Shown here: piece by piece, positions 15,432-28,566 of the stretch
Position numbering within the stretch: the first letter of the stretch is position 1
How the letters are laid out: each line of letters begins with the position of its first letter
Source of the DNA: the human T2T-CHM13v2.0 reference genome, Homo sapiens
Reading direction: 5' to 3' (one strand)
Assembly: GCF_009914755.1 (NCBI RefSeq)
Contig: NC_060931.1
DNA: 64,000 bases
The notes under the pieces: generated by a model
What the model was told of the DNA's origin: nothing
Seen by the model: only the letters and a program-made list of their open reading frames with translations
The model's database searches: none
Program-made: the position numbers and the translations under genes

Positions 15432-16941
15432 TAATGGATTGACTGATTTGTATAGCTTTCCCACCTAATTGATTTTTGCTGTGTATGTGAGTGTCAGCTG
15501 TTTGAAATTATGTCCTAAGTCAGACAGAAACCTATGAAGCTTTAATGAGGCTCATGGCCTAATGTTGTTCAATACTGTCATAAATATTGGTTATTTTACC
15601 GCTATACTCTCTTTAAATATAAAACAAACTGACACCTTTATTCAAATCATCCCCTGACTTACAGCCTAGGGCAAAGACATTTTCTGTGATACACAAATAT
15701 CTAGGATTTCTCAATCAGTTTATAAGGCAGATGCATGATGGATTTAGACAAAACCAACATTTGGCAATTGAATTATCCCATTTGAATGAAAACAGTACGG
15801 TGTTTTATATTAGTTGCTTTTGGTTTTGTCACTAATATAAACCTTTGAAAAGTAAACTGTGACTACATAAATGTGGGCTTACCATGAATAGATTTGTGTT
15901 TGTGCTATAAATTGTCCTTTCTGGGATGTTTTTGAATTACCAAGTTTTATATGTGCAATCATCTTTGCAAATTAAAGTGTAGGTTTCTTTAATCAGCTTG
16001 TGAAATATTTTATTTTTGTTTTTCCAATACTATCTTACTCATAGAAAGGAACAAAATAAATATATCTGAATTATATTATTTAAAATGCTTAAATGAGAGA
16101 ATAAGAAAAGGTAGTAAAGGCTCTTCTTAGAAGCTATTTCTGAGTGTTTGTGGTATGTGTAGATCTCTACAAGACATAAAATAATACATCAGGTATACAT
16201 AAAAAGTAAAATTTTTATATCAGTATAAGTTCTGGGGTGGTTTATGCTTATACTGGGAAGGTTAATTGTATAATGGAAATATGTATTTTCCAGCACTGAA
16301 ATACAGATTCAAAGCCCAAGTTGAGCCCATATTGTGAAATTGTGACCCTTTTTTTATGTGAGGTTGGCAGCTGTGAATTTATTGTTTCAGACACAAAATG
16401 TACTCTGGGTACAGGGCCTATTTATCCACAACATAAACTGAAAACATCAACCAGGAATGCTACAGCAAGTATTTTCAATAACTGCTATTTAGAAAGTCAA
16501 CTACCACTGTCCCTACAATGCAGTCCTTATCTGTGCTAGTCTTTCTTCATTTATCCTGTTTCATTTCCATTGATCTCCTTCTTTTCCAGTCTACTTATTA
16601 ATCTTCCTCAAAAAGCAATTACATTAAAAAAGCAAAAAGGTAAATAAATGAAGCAAGACTCATATTCCTATTGACTCATCTCAATATTTAGATTCTGGAT
16701 GATTAAATCCAGATGTTGTTAAGTTTTTTTTTTTAAAAAAGGAGTTGACCAGGAGTTGGAAAACTGATTATGGCCTCATTGCCTCAAGAAATTAGCTCTT
16801 TGACTTGGGAAGAACACTTTTTATTTATGGATCCCATTTCATCATGTTTTGGTATATAAATCTTCTTTCCAGTTCTAAATCTATCATTCTGTAACTCAAA
16901 ATATCTCAGTCCTCCTCTCTCTGTTTCCATAAGAAAAAAAT

Positions 16942-17425
16942 GTTGACAGGGCCCTGAATCGTTCAGGAAATAGATGGCACTCTCAAAAAAGATAATGAGA
17001 CAGCCTCAAGGGGCTACTTACAAATATGTGAGCAAAGAAAACCAAAAAACGATGTTGATGCATTCTAGAACTAACTCCAATTTGAAGCCATTATCACACT
17101 TAGGCTTGACTAATGATAAACACTAAGGTAAAGAGAAAGAGCAGTTATCAGAGCCTGCAAAGAAAGAGCTTTGGAGAGGGCTGCTCAGCAGGAGCTATGG
17201 GCTTCAGTGGAAGTTTGCAGATACTGCCAACTGAAGACTAGTTGAGGGAATACCTCCTTACCTCTCTTTCCTCCCAGTTTGAAATTTCCTGTCAGTTGGT
17301 CCTATTGGTTAAACTTAAAAGGAATTAGAAGGCAAGGCATTCCAGTTGATATAGTCTGTACAGGTCAATTTTGTGGGGCATTGAGTGGGGTGGAGAGTAG
17401 ATTTGGAGTAACTTACAAAGAAAAT
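16942..17425. mobile_element. Ancient LTR element remnant (subfamily uncertain)
   Basis: caggaaatagatggcactctcaaa...gggtggagagtagatttggag motifs typical of old eutherian LTRs. Confidence 0.45.
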
Positions 17426-18364
17426 TCAGCTCAGGGTTATCCTACTAAAAGATGGAAGAGAAATCTGGACACAGTGATGAGTAGATGGTATTTTCTGGCA
17501 AATCCTCCTCTTCTGGATGTTAGCAGCCAAGTTCACCATGACTGTAAGCTTTAGCAGGAACTTCATATGTGGCTGAGAGAGGCTGTTCTCACAGACTGGA
17601 GAAGGTGGTAAAAAGGAGCAGGGATCAGAAAGAATTTACTTAAGTAATTTTTCCACAATGATTCCTTTTATATATAATTCATCACTTCTTACTTTGTAAG
17701 AACAAGTGCTCTAAAGATTACTATCATAACTAACATATTTGATTATCCCCGTGCTCTCCTTTTATAATGAAGTGGATATAAAATGATCAGAACAGGATAA
17801 TTTTGTAATGAAGAAAAAATTCCATGGGGCATACTTTCCCATCTGTAATTATTCTACAAATATCTACTTTGCATGAAAAACAACACAGTTTTAAGGCATG
17901 CAAAGCAGTGTTAATGACCAGCTATATTTCCATAAAATAGATGTCAGGAAAGTATAGTAAGGAATTAAAACCAAATTGAGTTTACAATGAACACCAAAAC
18001 TGGACTGTCTGCTTTTGAAAAAACTGAGCAGACTGTGTAAAATGAATGAATAAATATGCAGATAGTTAACTATAGCTTATAACATACAGCTAATTCACCA
18101 GAAACCTCTTTATTTCTATGTGTTTAAATTTGCTGCTGTAACCACAAGATGCTGTTATTTTAAACATAGATGTCTCAGAAGATCTTTAATGATGAGGTTT
18201 TCAATACACTCAAAATTGAGTGCACATTGTAATGCTTGCTGAATTGCAACAAGATGTCTTCACCGTTAATTTTGGGAGCAGCAATATGTAGCTCCAAATC
18301 AAGTGGGTGAGCAAAATAAAAACTGGAAGAAATTGATTAGCTCTCGCTTTTCTTTATTTCCCAG

Positions 18365-18426
18365 GTGACAACATTCATCGCTTTGCTGCTGTACTTAACC
18401 CAGCAAAAACGCATCTGATCTCTTAA
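18365..18426 (+). other. Possible exon start with a strong splice acceptor
   Basis: ttgattagctctcgcttttctttatttcccAG|G; phase-1 reading DNIHRFAAVLNPAKTHLIS*, phase-0 reading VTTFIALLLYLTQQKRI*. Confidence 0.3.
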
Positions 18427-18919
18427 AAAAATGCCTGCCTTTATGTTGTGAGATAGTCAGGAATTGAAATTTGATTAACCCTCTGCTGAACCAGAATGAT
18501 TAGAAAGCTTTTCAATTTGAATCCAGTGTTGTACAGGGATTCTACTAAGGTGTAGATGATTTCGTAAAGAACGCCAAGGCCTCATTTTGTAGCATATCTT
18601 GCTGGAACCCAGATATGAGGTCATCTTGGATTTCATCTGAGGAAATAAAGGGGCATTTCACAATTGATAACATCCTAGATTTTCTAGCATTCTTATCTCC
18701 ATAAAATTCTTTCATAATCATTATTTTGTTTTACACATAAAATAAATAGGGCAAAGTTTGTTTTATCCATTTGAAAAATCTATGAAAGTGAGACACACTT
18801 ATTAAATAAGCTAGATTTGCTTTACCTACATAATTTTAACTTGATTGATTCCAGGCACTTGATCATCCACTTCCAGGTTTTCATACTTAATCCACTCAGC
18901 ATCTCTGTGAATGCAATGC

Positions 18920-19035
18920 CACCTGCAATACTTTACATGTGAAGAAAATGAGACTCAGAGAGGGAAGATCATTTTCCCAGTCAATAAGCCTGAGCGACTA
19001 TTTTCACGTAGCCCTGCATCTCTCAGAGCCTGGAC
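18920..19035 (-). mobile_element. MIR remnant
   Basis: tttacatgtgaagaaaatgagactcagagagggaagatcattttccc core. Confidence 0.6.
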
Positions 19036-19409
19036 CATTTTCATTATTCTTTAATGTCACACAAAGTACTACTCATAGTAACAAAAACACTTTTACTCTG
19101 ACACCAGAATAAAGCCACAAAATATGAATATTAAGAGCAAAATCACATTATGCATAATTATATATTTTCTACTTTCTCTAAATTCCTGGTATTTTATTAT
19201 TTTATTTTTATTTTTTTGCCTTTCAAACTTTAAATTTTTTTAAAAAATAGTAACCTAACTCTCCATCTTTAAAGTAAAGGAAGTAAAACATGTCACTATG
19301 CTTTGCCTACTTCTATGTCTTTGGATTAGAAAAAAAAAAATTGATAGCTAGGGTTTTAAAAACATTGTCCAAAAGGACCATTCTATCACAGTGAGCAACT
19401 ATTAGCTAC

Positions 19410-20078
<669 letters not shown>

Positions 20079-20624
20079 GCTACTATTATTAATACATTAC
20101 ATTTTCTACTCTAACCAATTGCAGATAAGTAAAAATTAGGATAACCTTTTTATGAAATGTAAATAATTTTTTTTATTTTAACATGGTTTTCAGTCATACC
20201 ATATCCCTTAAGCATATTTCCATATTTTTAAATACTTATACTAGCTAAAAAAAAAAAAAAAGGTAAATCCTTTGCTTTGACTCAAATATCCATTGCAGAA
20301 CCCTGGCAAGTTATTAAAAGCCATATTTATTGACTTGTTGAAATTATATTGTTAGCCTTTCATGCATATGAAGAGTAAGAATTATTGGTAATGAACTTTT
20401 CAAGTAAAAAATATTCTTTGCTAACCATGGACTAGGCATCAACAGAGAGTGCAAAAACTACACAGTGGAACAAATTATGTGTGCATATGAGGTAATTTAT
20501 CTTGGATACATGTGATTTTCAATGTATCATCTGTTGAATTAACTCCTAAAATTTATGATTTATGTCATAAATACACTTAATAAGAAAGAAACTTTTAATT
20601 TAACTCTCTCCCGATGGCTAAGAT

Positions 20625-20991
20625 TGAATACATTCATACCAAATTGTTTTCCTCTTCTTCCTGATTACAGAGCTAGAGCATATTTGCCTGCCACAGTTAG
20701 TTTTGTGTTTCCATGGAATTTGAGCAAAACTGATGCACTTGTCTCCCAGGATTAATCCATACAAGTCACCTCTAAAATTATCTTTTCCCATTCGTTGACT
20801 GAGCAAAATGGACTTCAAGGACCTAAAGGAGGTTAAATACCACAAGATGGAGGAGCTTGAGTCTCTGAATCATTGTGTGTGAAGTCATCTGCCAATTACA
20901 TAAATTGAATTCTTGGTGAGTGTGAAGTACACATGTAGCCATGTAATTTTGGAATGAATGTTACAGAAATTTACTTACCCTGCCTAATACA
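20625..20991 (+). mobile_element. Old MLT1-type MaLR LTR
   Basis: ccacaagatggaggagcttgagtctctgaatca...tgttacag...cctgcctaataca terminus. Confidence 0.65.
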
Positions 20992-21202
20992 CTCCTACCA
21001 TTTCAATTAATTAGTTCTACTGTATGTTTAATGGGATGAAATGTATGTATATGTTTTTATTCTCTATTTTCTATTGTTATGCATAGCATATAAATTTCTA
21101 ACATAAGCGTAACTATTGAGTCCTTTTAACATTGTTCCATATGGTTATGTAACAACATTTTAATGCTTAATAGTAATGAAGAAAGGAGTTCACAGTCATA
21201 GT

Positions 21203-21517
21203 TTATCTTGTTCTTAAGTTTTCATCTATGTATTCAAGTGACGGGATGCTAACTCCAGTTCTTGCCACATAAAGTGCAATATCTTTAAAAGTTACTTGAT
21301 CAACCAATTGTACTTCTAAATCACTTAGTGGTTTTATCTGAATAAAAGATGTGTGTGTCCCTGTTCGGCCTTCTGTTTCATAGTATTCTGCAATCTCTAC
21401 CATATACTCGATATATTCCTCAACTCTCCCACATTTTGTTCCTATTTGCAGAAAACATTGTGGAAGCTCTTTAAGTTTCTCAAAACTTCTAGTTAAAAAC
21501 CAAAATAAAATACACAT
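21203..21517 (-). other. Unassigned protein-like ORF (104 aa); possible terminal exon, pseudogene or retroposed insert
   Basis: Open frame with globular-protein composition; acceptor ttttattttggtttttaactAG at 21490-21489; TAA at 21203; minus-strand ATTAAA at 21164-21159 and AATAAA at 21061-21056. Confidence 0.35.
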
Positions 21518-21541
21518 GTTTTCTATATAGCTCTCATATGT

Positions 21542-21832
21542 ATTTTTTCACATTTATTTATTTTTAAATTGACATATACAATTGTTTGTTTTTATCACGT
21601 ACCACGTAATGTTTTGAAGTACACATATGTGGTAAATACATAAACTTAGCTAATTAAAAAATGTATTATCTCATGGTATATACACACAACCAGATTGTTA
21701 TTCAGCCATAAAAGGAAGGAAATCCCATAGTTTGTGACAACCTGAATGAACATCATGTTAATGAAATCAGTCAAGCATGGAAAGACAAACACGGCATGAT
21801 CTTATTTAAATGTGGAATCTAAAAAATCTGAT
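21542..21832 (-). mobile_element. Short L1MA with a 5' inversion
   Basis: Reverse 3' end (atttatttatttttaaattgacatatacaattg...) joined near 21674 to forward upstream L1 sequence (attcagccataaaaggaaggaaatcc...gtggaatctaaaaaa); flanking repeat tctcatat(g/a)t at 21532 and 21832. Confidence 0.75.
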
Positions 21833-24800
21833 CTCATATATTTTGATGTCTTCCATTTGGCTTTTCCAGCTGATAAAATTTTGAATTTGTTAAGGACATT
21901 TTCCCTTTAATACAATAACAGTCCTGATTCTCAGCTAAAAATGTCTTACAAACTTGACTTATCTTTCCTCTTTAAAATAGCTGGCACTAAGCTCTGAGTT
22001 CTGTTTATTGACAGAAGCCTAAGGATTTCAGACATCTTAAAAATGTTCCAAGTTCTTTAAAATCTTCATCCAGAAGATTCTACACAATTATTAAGATGAT
22101 CATAATGATTCATTGTAATAATTCTCACTGTCTTTCATGTAATAATTATCTTGCACGTGATAAATATAAAACATTGTAGACACATCTATTTTACTCTCTT
22201 TCTATTTTGCTACCTTATTTATGGGGGCTGTTAGATGTGAATATTCCAGGAATAGTTTATAATACAGGGAAAAGGTATCCCATACTATGCAGCAAGTAGG
22301 TTGAGAAAGGGTAATCACTTCTCTTCCCTGACCATGTTGACTTCATTATGTAGAAGTGCAGTACAGTTGCATGCACCAGACTCTGGATGTGCTGAGTGTC
22401 AGCACTATACTCCATCTACGAGGCTTTGCTACAGGAGGAGGTGAATTTTATTAAGTAGAAACCGTGGTAAATCAACTCACAAAGATATCACAACACGGAT
22501 TTCAGATTCGCCATTTCATACATTTGGGTACTTGATTGGGGATGAAGAATTAAGCCCTCACATATTGCAGATATGATTCAAAAGAATCCCCTGATTACTA
22601 TGTTGAAAGTGGAGTTCAGTAATTGCTAAATTTGGGCATTGTTGGGCCTTGCCAAAATGTGAACTCTTTGAAACTGGAAGTAGGGTAGACAATAAGGATG
22701 CCTAAACACACCAGAAATGGGATTCCAGAAATCAGCTTTTGGAATAGTGACTAACATGGGAAATACAGAACTCTGAGGAGTGATTCTAAATGTCAGTCTG
22801 AGGACAAGAGTCAGGATAATTGCACTCAAATCATTTGGAAATGTGTCAAAGATTCCCTATCCTCAGTCCAAAAGATTTTTATGAACTCAATGGAAGAGAG
22901 AGATAGATATTCATTTTAATGAAGATGTAATGGGTGGTCTAGAGAGCTAAGAGGAATGTTTGCTAAGCACATCATCCTTATAAAAGAAAAAAAAATTTGA
23001 TTTGCAAAGATGACCCTTAACCATTTATATTGCCAAAACAACAAGGTTTCTCTGTGTCTAAGCAAAACAAAATTCTGAACATGGGTAAAAGGGAAGTGTG
23101 TAATCTAGTTGATTTCACTTTATGTCCAGGTGCTCAAAAAATCAGTTCTGTAAATATTATAGAAAGTCAAGAAACATTTAAATTGTGTGTTAGAATCGTA
23201 ACATGCCCATACAAATGCCCCCATCTGTTTTATTTTAACCTTTAATAACTGTTAGATAAAACACTATTTCTCTGTTTTCTGGCTTAAATTATTGAATATT
23301 AACAGACTGATGATATAAAGGAATTGGAAGTCAGGATTTTGTTCACTTATCTCTTAATGGATGATGTGAATCTGACAGACCATGGCATTTTTTTTTTTTG
23401 TCTCATTGATTCTCTCTTTAAAGATTTTTCTTTTGCCCTAATTCCTAAGCTCTATTGCTTTCTACCAGCAATGGCACTTAGTTTACAAATAGAATGGTTT
23501 TACTTTTATATAAATGTTCCATTATTTTCTGGGCTATGTTGTAAGCATTAATAGTTATGTTGTTTTCTTATGTCTTAACACTCATGATGAAAATTTCTGA
23601 AACAATTGAAAAGGTTTGCACTATATCTTATACTACCCCTTATTTTTTCTTATTTTCTGCCCTGTTTTTCTCCTCTTTCCTTTTTCTCCTGCCTTCCTTC
23701 TCAAATTTTCTTTCCTTTCTCCTTCTATTTTTCCCCTTCATTGCTACATAGGCAACAAATTGGCCTTAAATTTGATATACAAGGATGAGTGAAGGTTTCC
23801 CTTAATGCTTTTAATCTCAAGTGAGAATGATAAAATAATGAACAGATGAAGCAGCTTATAATAAATGTATTGTAGGAGACCTAGTTTAAGCCGAAGCTTA
23901 GGTCAGTTTATGGTTGTCTTCATGAAATTAATATTTACTTGGGGAACAAAGCAACCTCCTGAAAAATAACTCATTCCTAGTGCAATGTAAATGGGTTTCA
24001 TGTCATTGACTAGGTGCATAAACGTAGGCTGGAAGAGACTAGTGATGTCGAATACTACTGGGTGTTTTTCAGCACATTCTTCCCTAATAATGAAACTTCA
24101 GACTACATTTAAGATCTAACTTACTAAAGACATGAGTGACATGAAGCTGATTTAGGCCATTGGGAAACAATGTAGATAAGATAATAAGGTATAGGAGAGG
24201 TAATCTGTTAATCACTTGCAGAATGCCTAATCCTCATGTTTAGGGAGGAAGGGCACATTCGACAAGAACGAAAAGTATTAAACGCATGATTTTAAAAGGT
24301 GGCAGGGTTTTCCTGTCTTCCTGTCTCAAATTAGTACCCCTACACATTACATTTTTTTAAGAATTACTGGAATAGGTATGGCCAGTGAGGTGAGAACCAG
24401 CAGGAAACTTCGAAATTTATGATTATAGAAATGTGAAGTAGAGTTTCATTGTAAGTCTTAAAAATATGATTGTTTATGAGAAGACAACTAGAAAAATCCA
24501 AGTGTCAGACAGGGATGCATGTGTGTAATATTAAGCATTGAGTTAATATTTTTTTCCTGTGCAGTTCAACAGAATTGGTTTCACTGATCACTGCGTCTCT
24601 TTAATAGAGGGCCTCTATCCGAAAGGATTTTATGAATCAAAGTATATTAGGGAAAGTCAGGACCAGAATATTGTATCCCAGTTGGTCACTGTCTCAAGTT
24701 TGAAAAAGTTCCCTGGTGCTGAAATTTAACTTGGAGACAGTGCACATTTCTGTGACTGTGACCATTGCAGTATAAGTAAGGATCAATAATGTCCACAGTG

Positions 24801-25099
24801 GTGTACCTATAATGGAGCACTATAGAGTGAGAATCTATGACAGAATCTATGTAGAATGTTGCCACTATAGAGTGAAATTCTCTGATTTTATTAAATTGAA
24901 AGAAAAGTTGCTTCTGTAAGTGTCAATGGAAAATATACATACACCACAAGCTCCCGGAATATGCATAATCCTGGGGGGTGTTAGGAAACCAAGTAGTAGT
25001 AGCCTCAAGAAGTGGAAGAAATGCCAGCCATAACTATCATACATATAAAATGTATTCTAATGTTGGAATATGCAGAAGATTAGACCAGGGCATTATGTA

Positions 25100-25168
25100 G
25101 TTTCCTAAGAGCTATTCACAGAATGGTGTCTACAGAGTGTCATTATTCCAGAATAGCTCTTTGGAAAT
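25100..25168. mobile_element. Palindromic MITE-like remnant (possibly hAT-Charlie)
   Basis: tttcctaagagctattc / gaatagctctttggaaa, a 16/17 inverted match. Confidence 0.45.
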
Positions 25169-26127
25169 GAGTTAATCTGTGATATAGCCAGTTACTGGCT
25201 GTCATCTGTCAAACCCTCTGAATTTCATGGGTAGGTATTTTGTTGCATGACTTAGTGCTGTTGAAAAATCCAGATTATCATCTAGCTAGAGAATATAAAG
25301 GAATAGGAGAGGCATACATTCCTTCTCTCCACTACAGTAGAAACTTGGAAATTAGAACACTCCGGTAGAAACATATATGTAGAAGGAAGAGGATTGGGTT
25401 ATCAGTATCTCTAGTGAATACAGTCAAAAGATAATGCATCTGTCTTGTTGGCTGTTGGTAAATGAGAATGCTGGGTTCTGAGATTTAATTATTTCTTCAT
25501 TACCTATAACCATTGCTTACAGTTGGGTGTCACTCATAAAAAGAAGGAAGAAACTATCACTGTGATCTCGCTCCCAGTGTGGGCCCTGCAATGCCTTGTG
25601 GGCACTATTATTGTCTGATTCAAGAAATGGAGTCAGTTGTAAGTTTTCCTAACAGGGTTATAAAACTGAAGTTAATTTTCAAGGAGCAAACATTGGTCTT
25701 GTGTGTGACACACACACTACTCATTAACTAGCTGAAAGAAACCCTGAAGGCTGCACTGTGGTACTTCCAGTTTCAAGTGAACAATCCAGCCAAAGTATGC
25801 ACAGAGGAAGCTGGGACCAATAAGCAAAAATCAAATCTGTAGCAATGAGAAAATAAATACCAGTGAAAGACAACTACTTGAGTGGAGCCTCAGGAAATGG
25901 CATGAAGGAAGGGATGGTATCTATAAGACCTTCTTTTAAAGAATTTGAAGTGTCGTTTAATACTAAGTCCCTGCCAAAAGAATAAATATTTTGATGTTTA
26001 AAATAATTTAAAAAACAGTTTTATTCTAAGTTTAATATTAGAAACAAGAGACCATCTGTCTTAACCTAATGATTAACAAACGATTAATAAACTACAACAT
26101 CTAGTTTATTTTTTATATATTAAGTGC

Positions 26128-26897
26128 ATTTATTTTTATTTTATTTTTTTAATTTTCAAGTTATTTAAAAAATTGTGGATATACAGTAAGTGTATTTATG
26201 GGTTACCTGAGATGTTTTGAAATAGGCATGCAATCTGAAATAAGCACTTCATGGGGAATGGGGTAACCATTCCCTCAAGTGTTTATCTCTTGAGTTACAA
26301 ACAATCCAATTACATCCTTTAAGTTATTTTAAAATATACAATTAAGTTATTATTGACTATCATCACCCTACTTTGCTATTAATAGTAGGTCCTATTCAGC
26401 CTTTCTAACTATTTTTGGACACATTAACCATCCCCACCTCCCCACTGCCCAATGTTTTCTCGGAGTAGTTTTATAGTTTGAGGGCATAGATTTAAGTCTT
26501 TAATCTATTTTGATTTGATTTTTTGTATATGGTGAGGGGTAGAGGTCTCGTTTCATTCTTCTGCATATAAATATCCAGTTTTCCCAGCACCACCTATTGA
26601 AGAGACAATCTTCTCCCCAGTATATGTTCTTTGCGTCTTTGTCAAAAATAAGTTTATTGTAGGTGTGTGGATTTGTTTCTAGGTTCTCTATTCTGTTTCA
26701 TTGGTGTATGTATCTATTTTTATGCCAGTACCATGCATTTTTGGTTACTATAGCTCTGTTGCATAATTTTAAGTCAGGCAATGTGATGCCTCCAGCTTTA
26801 TTCCTCCTGCTTAGGATAGCTGTGGCTATTCTGGGTCTTTTTTGTTTCCATATAAATTTTAGGATTTTTTTTCTATTTAAGAATGCCATTGGTATTA
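26128..26897 (-). mobile_element. L1MA2-like LINE with an internal deletion
   Basis: 3'UTR 26130-26450 (aataggcatgcaatctgaaataagcacttcatgggg) jumps to ORF2 sequence; ORF 26698-26916 reads [23 protein letters not shown]. Confidence 0.85.
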
Positions 26898-27106
26898 ACA
26901 TATAGTTTAAAAACAAAACATATCAGAGAGCTGAGGCCACAAACATTCCTAAATGAACTGAAATCCAAAAAGTGACACAACTGTCATAAAAGACTGGGCT
27001 GTCAGCTCTAACAGAACTTCAGAGGAATTTCACCCATTAAGTCAGATAGGGGAGTGGTGAAGGGGGAGTAGAAACTAGCTAACATTTAACAAACTCGTGA
27101 TAGTTT

Positions 27107-27107
27107 C

Positions 27108-27144
<37 letters not shown>

Positions 27145-27145
27145 C
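27107..27145. repeat. (TG)n(CG)n microsatellite
   Basis: cgtgtg...tgtgcgcgcgcgtgc, uninterrupted purine-pyrimidine alternation. Confidence 0.95.
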
Positions 27146-27629
27146 CCCACGTAGCCAGATTGATTATTAGAAGGTATTAGAAGGGCTCCTCTGGCAGAAC
27201 CAGTTTTCATCTACTCAACAACCTCTTACTCATGGGTCTTTATATAACTTAGGTGAAAGTATGTCCATAGGGGAACAGAAAAGAAAGCTGAGAAAGATGT
27301 GCCAGGAGACTTGTGGGAACTAATCCAAGTGCAACACCTCCTTACCACAAAGGAAAAGGACAGGGTAAAGGAAATTGGAAAAACCCATAAGATGTATTTG
27401 AGGTTCTTTCTATTCCAGGGAATTCTTGGTATGATAGGACATGAAAGCTGAGAGAAAACCCTTCTACCTAGGAACTCCGGAGTTTCAACTACCAGAGACT
27501 GAAGGCAGGAGAGAAAAACTAAGACAAATGACTTCAAAGCCTTTCTGAAATGCCACAGAGGGTCAGGATTACAATCTGCCTATTCTGATTCTTCTACTAT
27601 GGGAAAAAATCTTTTTCAGAATTGGTAAG

Positions 27630-28520
27630 TTTATTTATCAATTCAATATTCATTTCATCAGGCATATACGTTGTGGCAGGTTATTATTCAAAATGCAAAA
27701 ATATAGTAAATTATCTCTACTTCAAATGTGTAAGATTTAATTACAAATATGATGTACTGTTTAATACATTAATGGTAAATTAAAATTTGGGGCAAGGACA
27801 AAAAGGAGGGCACAGTCAAATAATAGGTTAGTCAGAAAATGCCTGGGCAGAAAGTGATATTAAAGTCGAATCTTGATGAATAAATAGAATTTTCTTCAAT
27901 GGAGAAGGGTAACTTAGCACATTAAATAAAGAGAGGAATACATTGATTTGCATATGTTGTTTTGATATTACCATTTTGATGCAATCAAAGTTTTTATTTC
28001 ACCATTTTTATTCTAAAATATTTGAAATTAAGTTTTTGGATATCAACATTAGTATCAGAATTTCACAATGATACATTTTATTTCAAAGAAAATGGTTGAG
28101 TTTTTTTTAATAACATGGTATTTTCATGTTGTATACAAGAGAGTTAAAATATATCTATATTTTCTGCTTTTATATGTATTCTTCTGGATTGGGCAGAATC
28201 AGTAGAGGTAATACAATAGGGTTTAAATGATGATATTTAAATATTCTTTTTGGATAAAGATGTGGAAATATAAAACTGTATGTCAAGTTTGGATAATTGC
28301 AACTTAGAGTTAGAAGGCTATTTCCATAATAGCTGTAAAAGGTAATAGACTATACAATAACAGCAAGAGTACTGATGGGAAGGAAAGTATACATTCAAGT
28401 ATTATTTAAGAGGTAAGTCATAATAGATCAAATCCTAATAGGTGTTGATGGAAAAATAGAGTAAGTAATTTATAAAGACTCAGAAATATGGTACCTGAAT
28501 AATACATGATGTTAACATCA
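27630..28520 (-). mobile_element. Fragmented, degenerate L2
   Basis: tttatttatcaattcaatatt...gtggcagg; agaaagtgatattaaagtcgaatcttgatgaataaatagaattt. Confidence 0.45.
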
Positions 28521-28566
28521 ACAACAACAATATTGGGTGCAACAATTAGAATTAACTGTATACTTC

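Noticed and set aside
22340-22660. Loose resemblance of one frame to bornavirus matrix motifs (YVE, FQI..F..L, L.N.G..GP)
   Set aside because: Spacing is inconsistent, there are several stops, and the matches are too short to distinguish from chance
27540-27630. GTAAGT donor at 27625 (also acceptor-like sites near 34941 and 39771)
   Set aside because: Isolated splice-like motifs without a matching partner site or convincing frame
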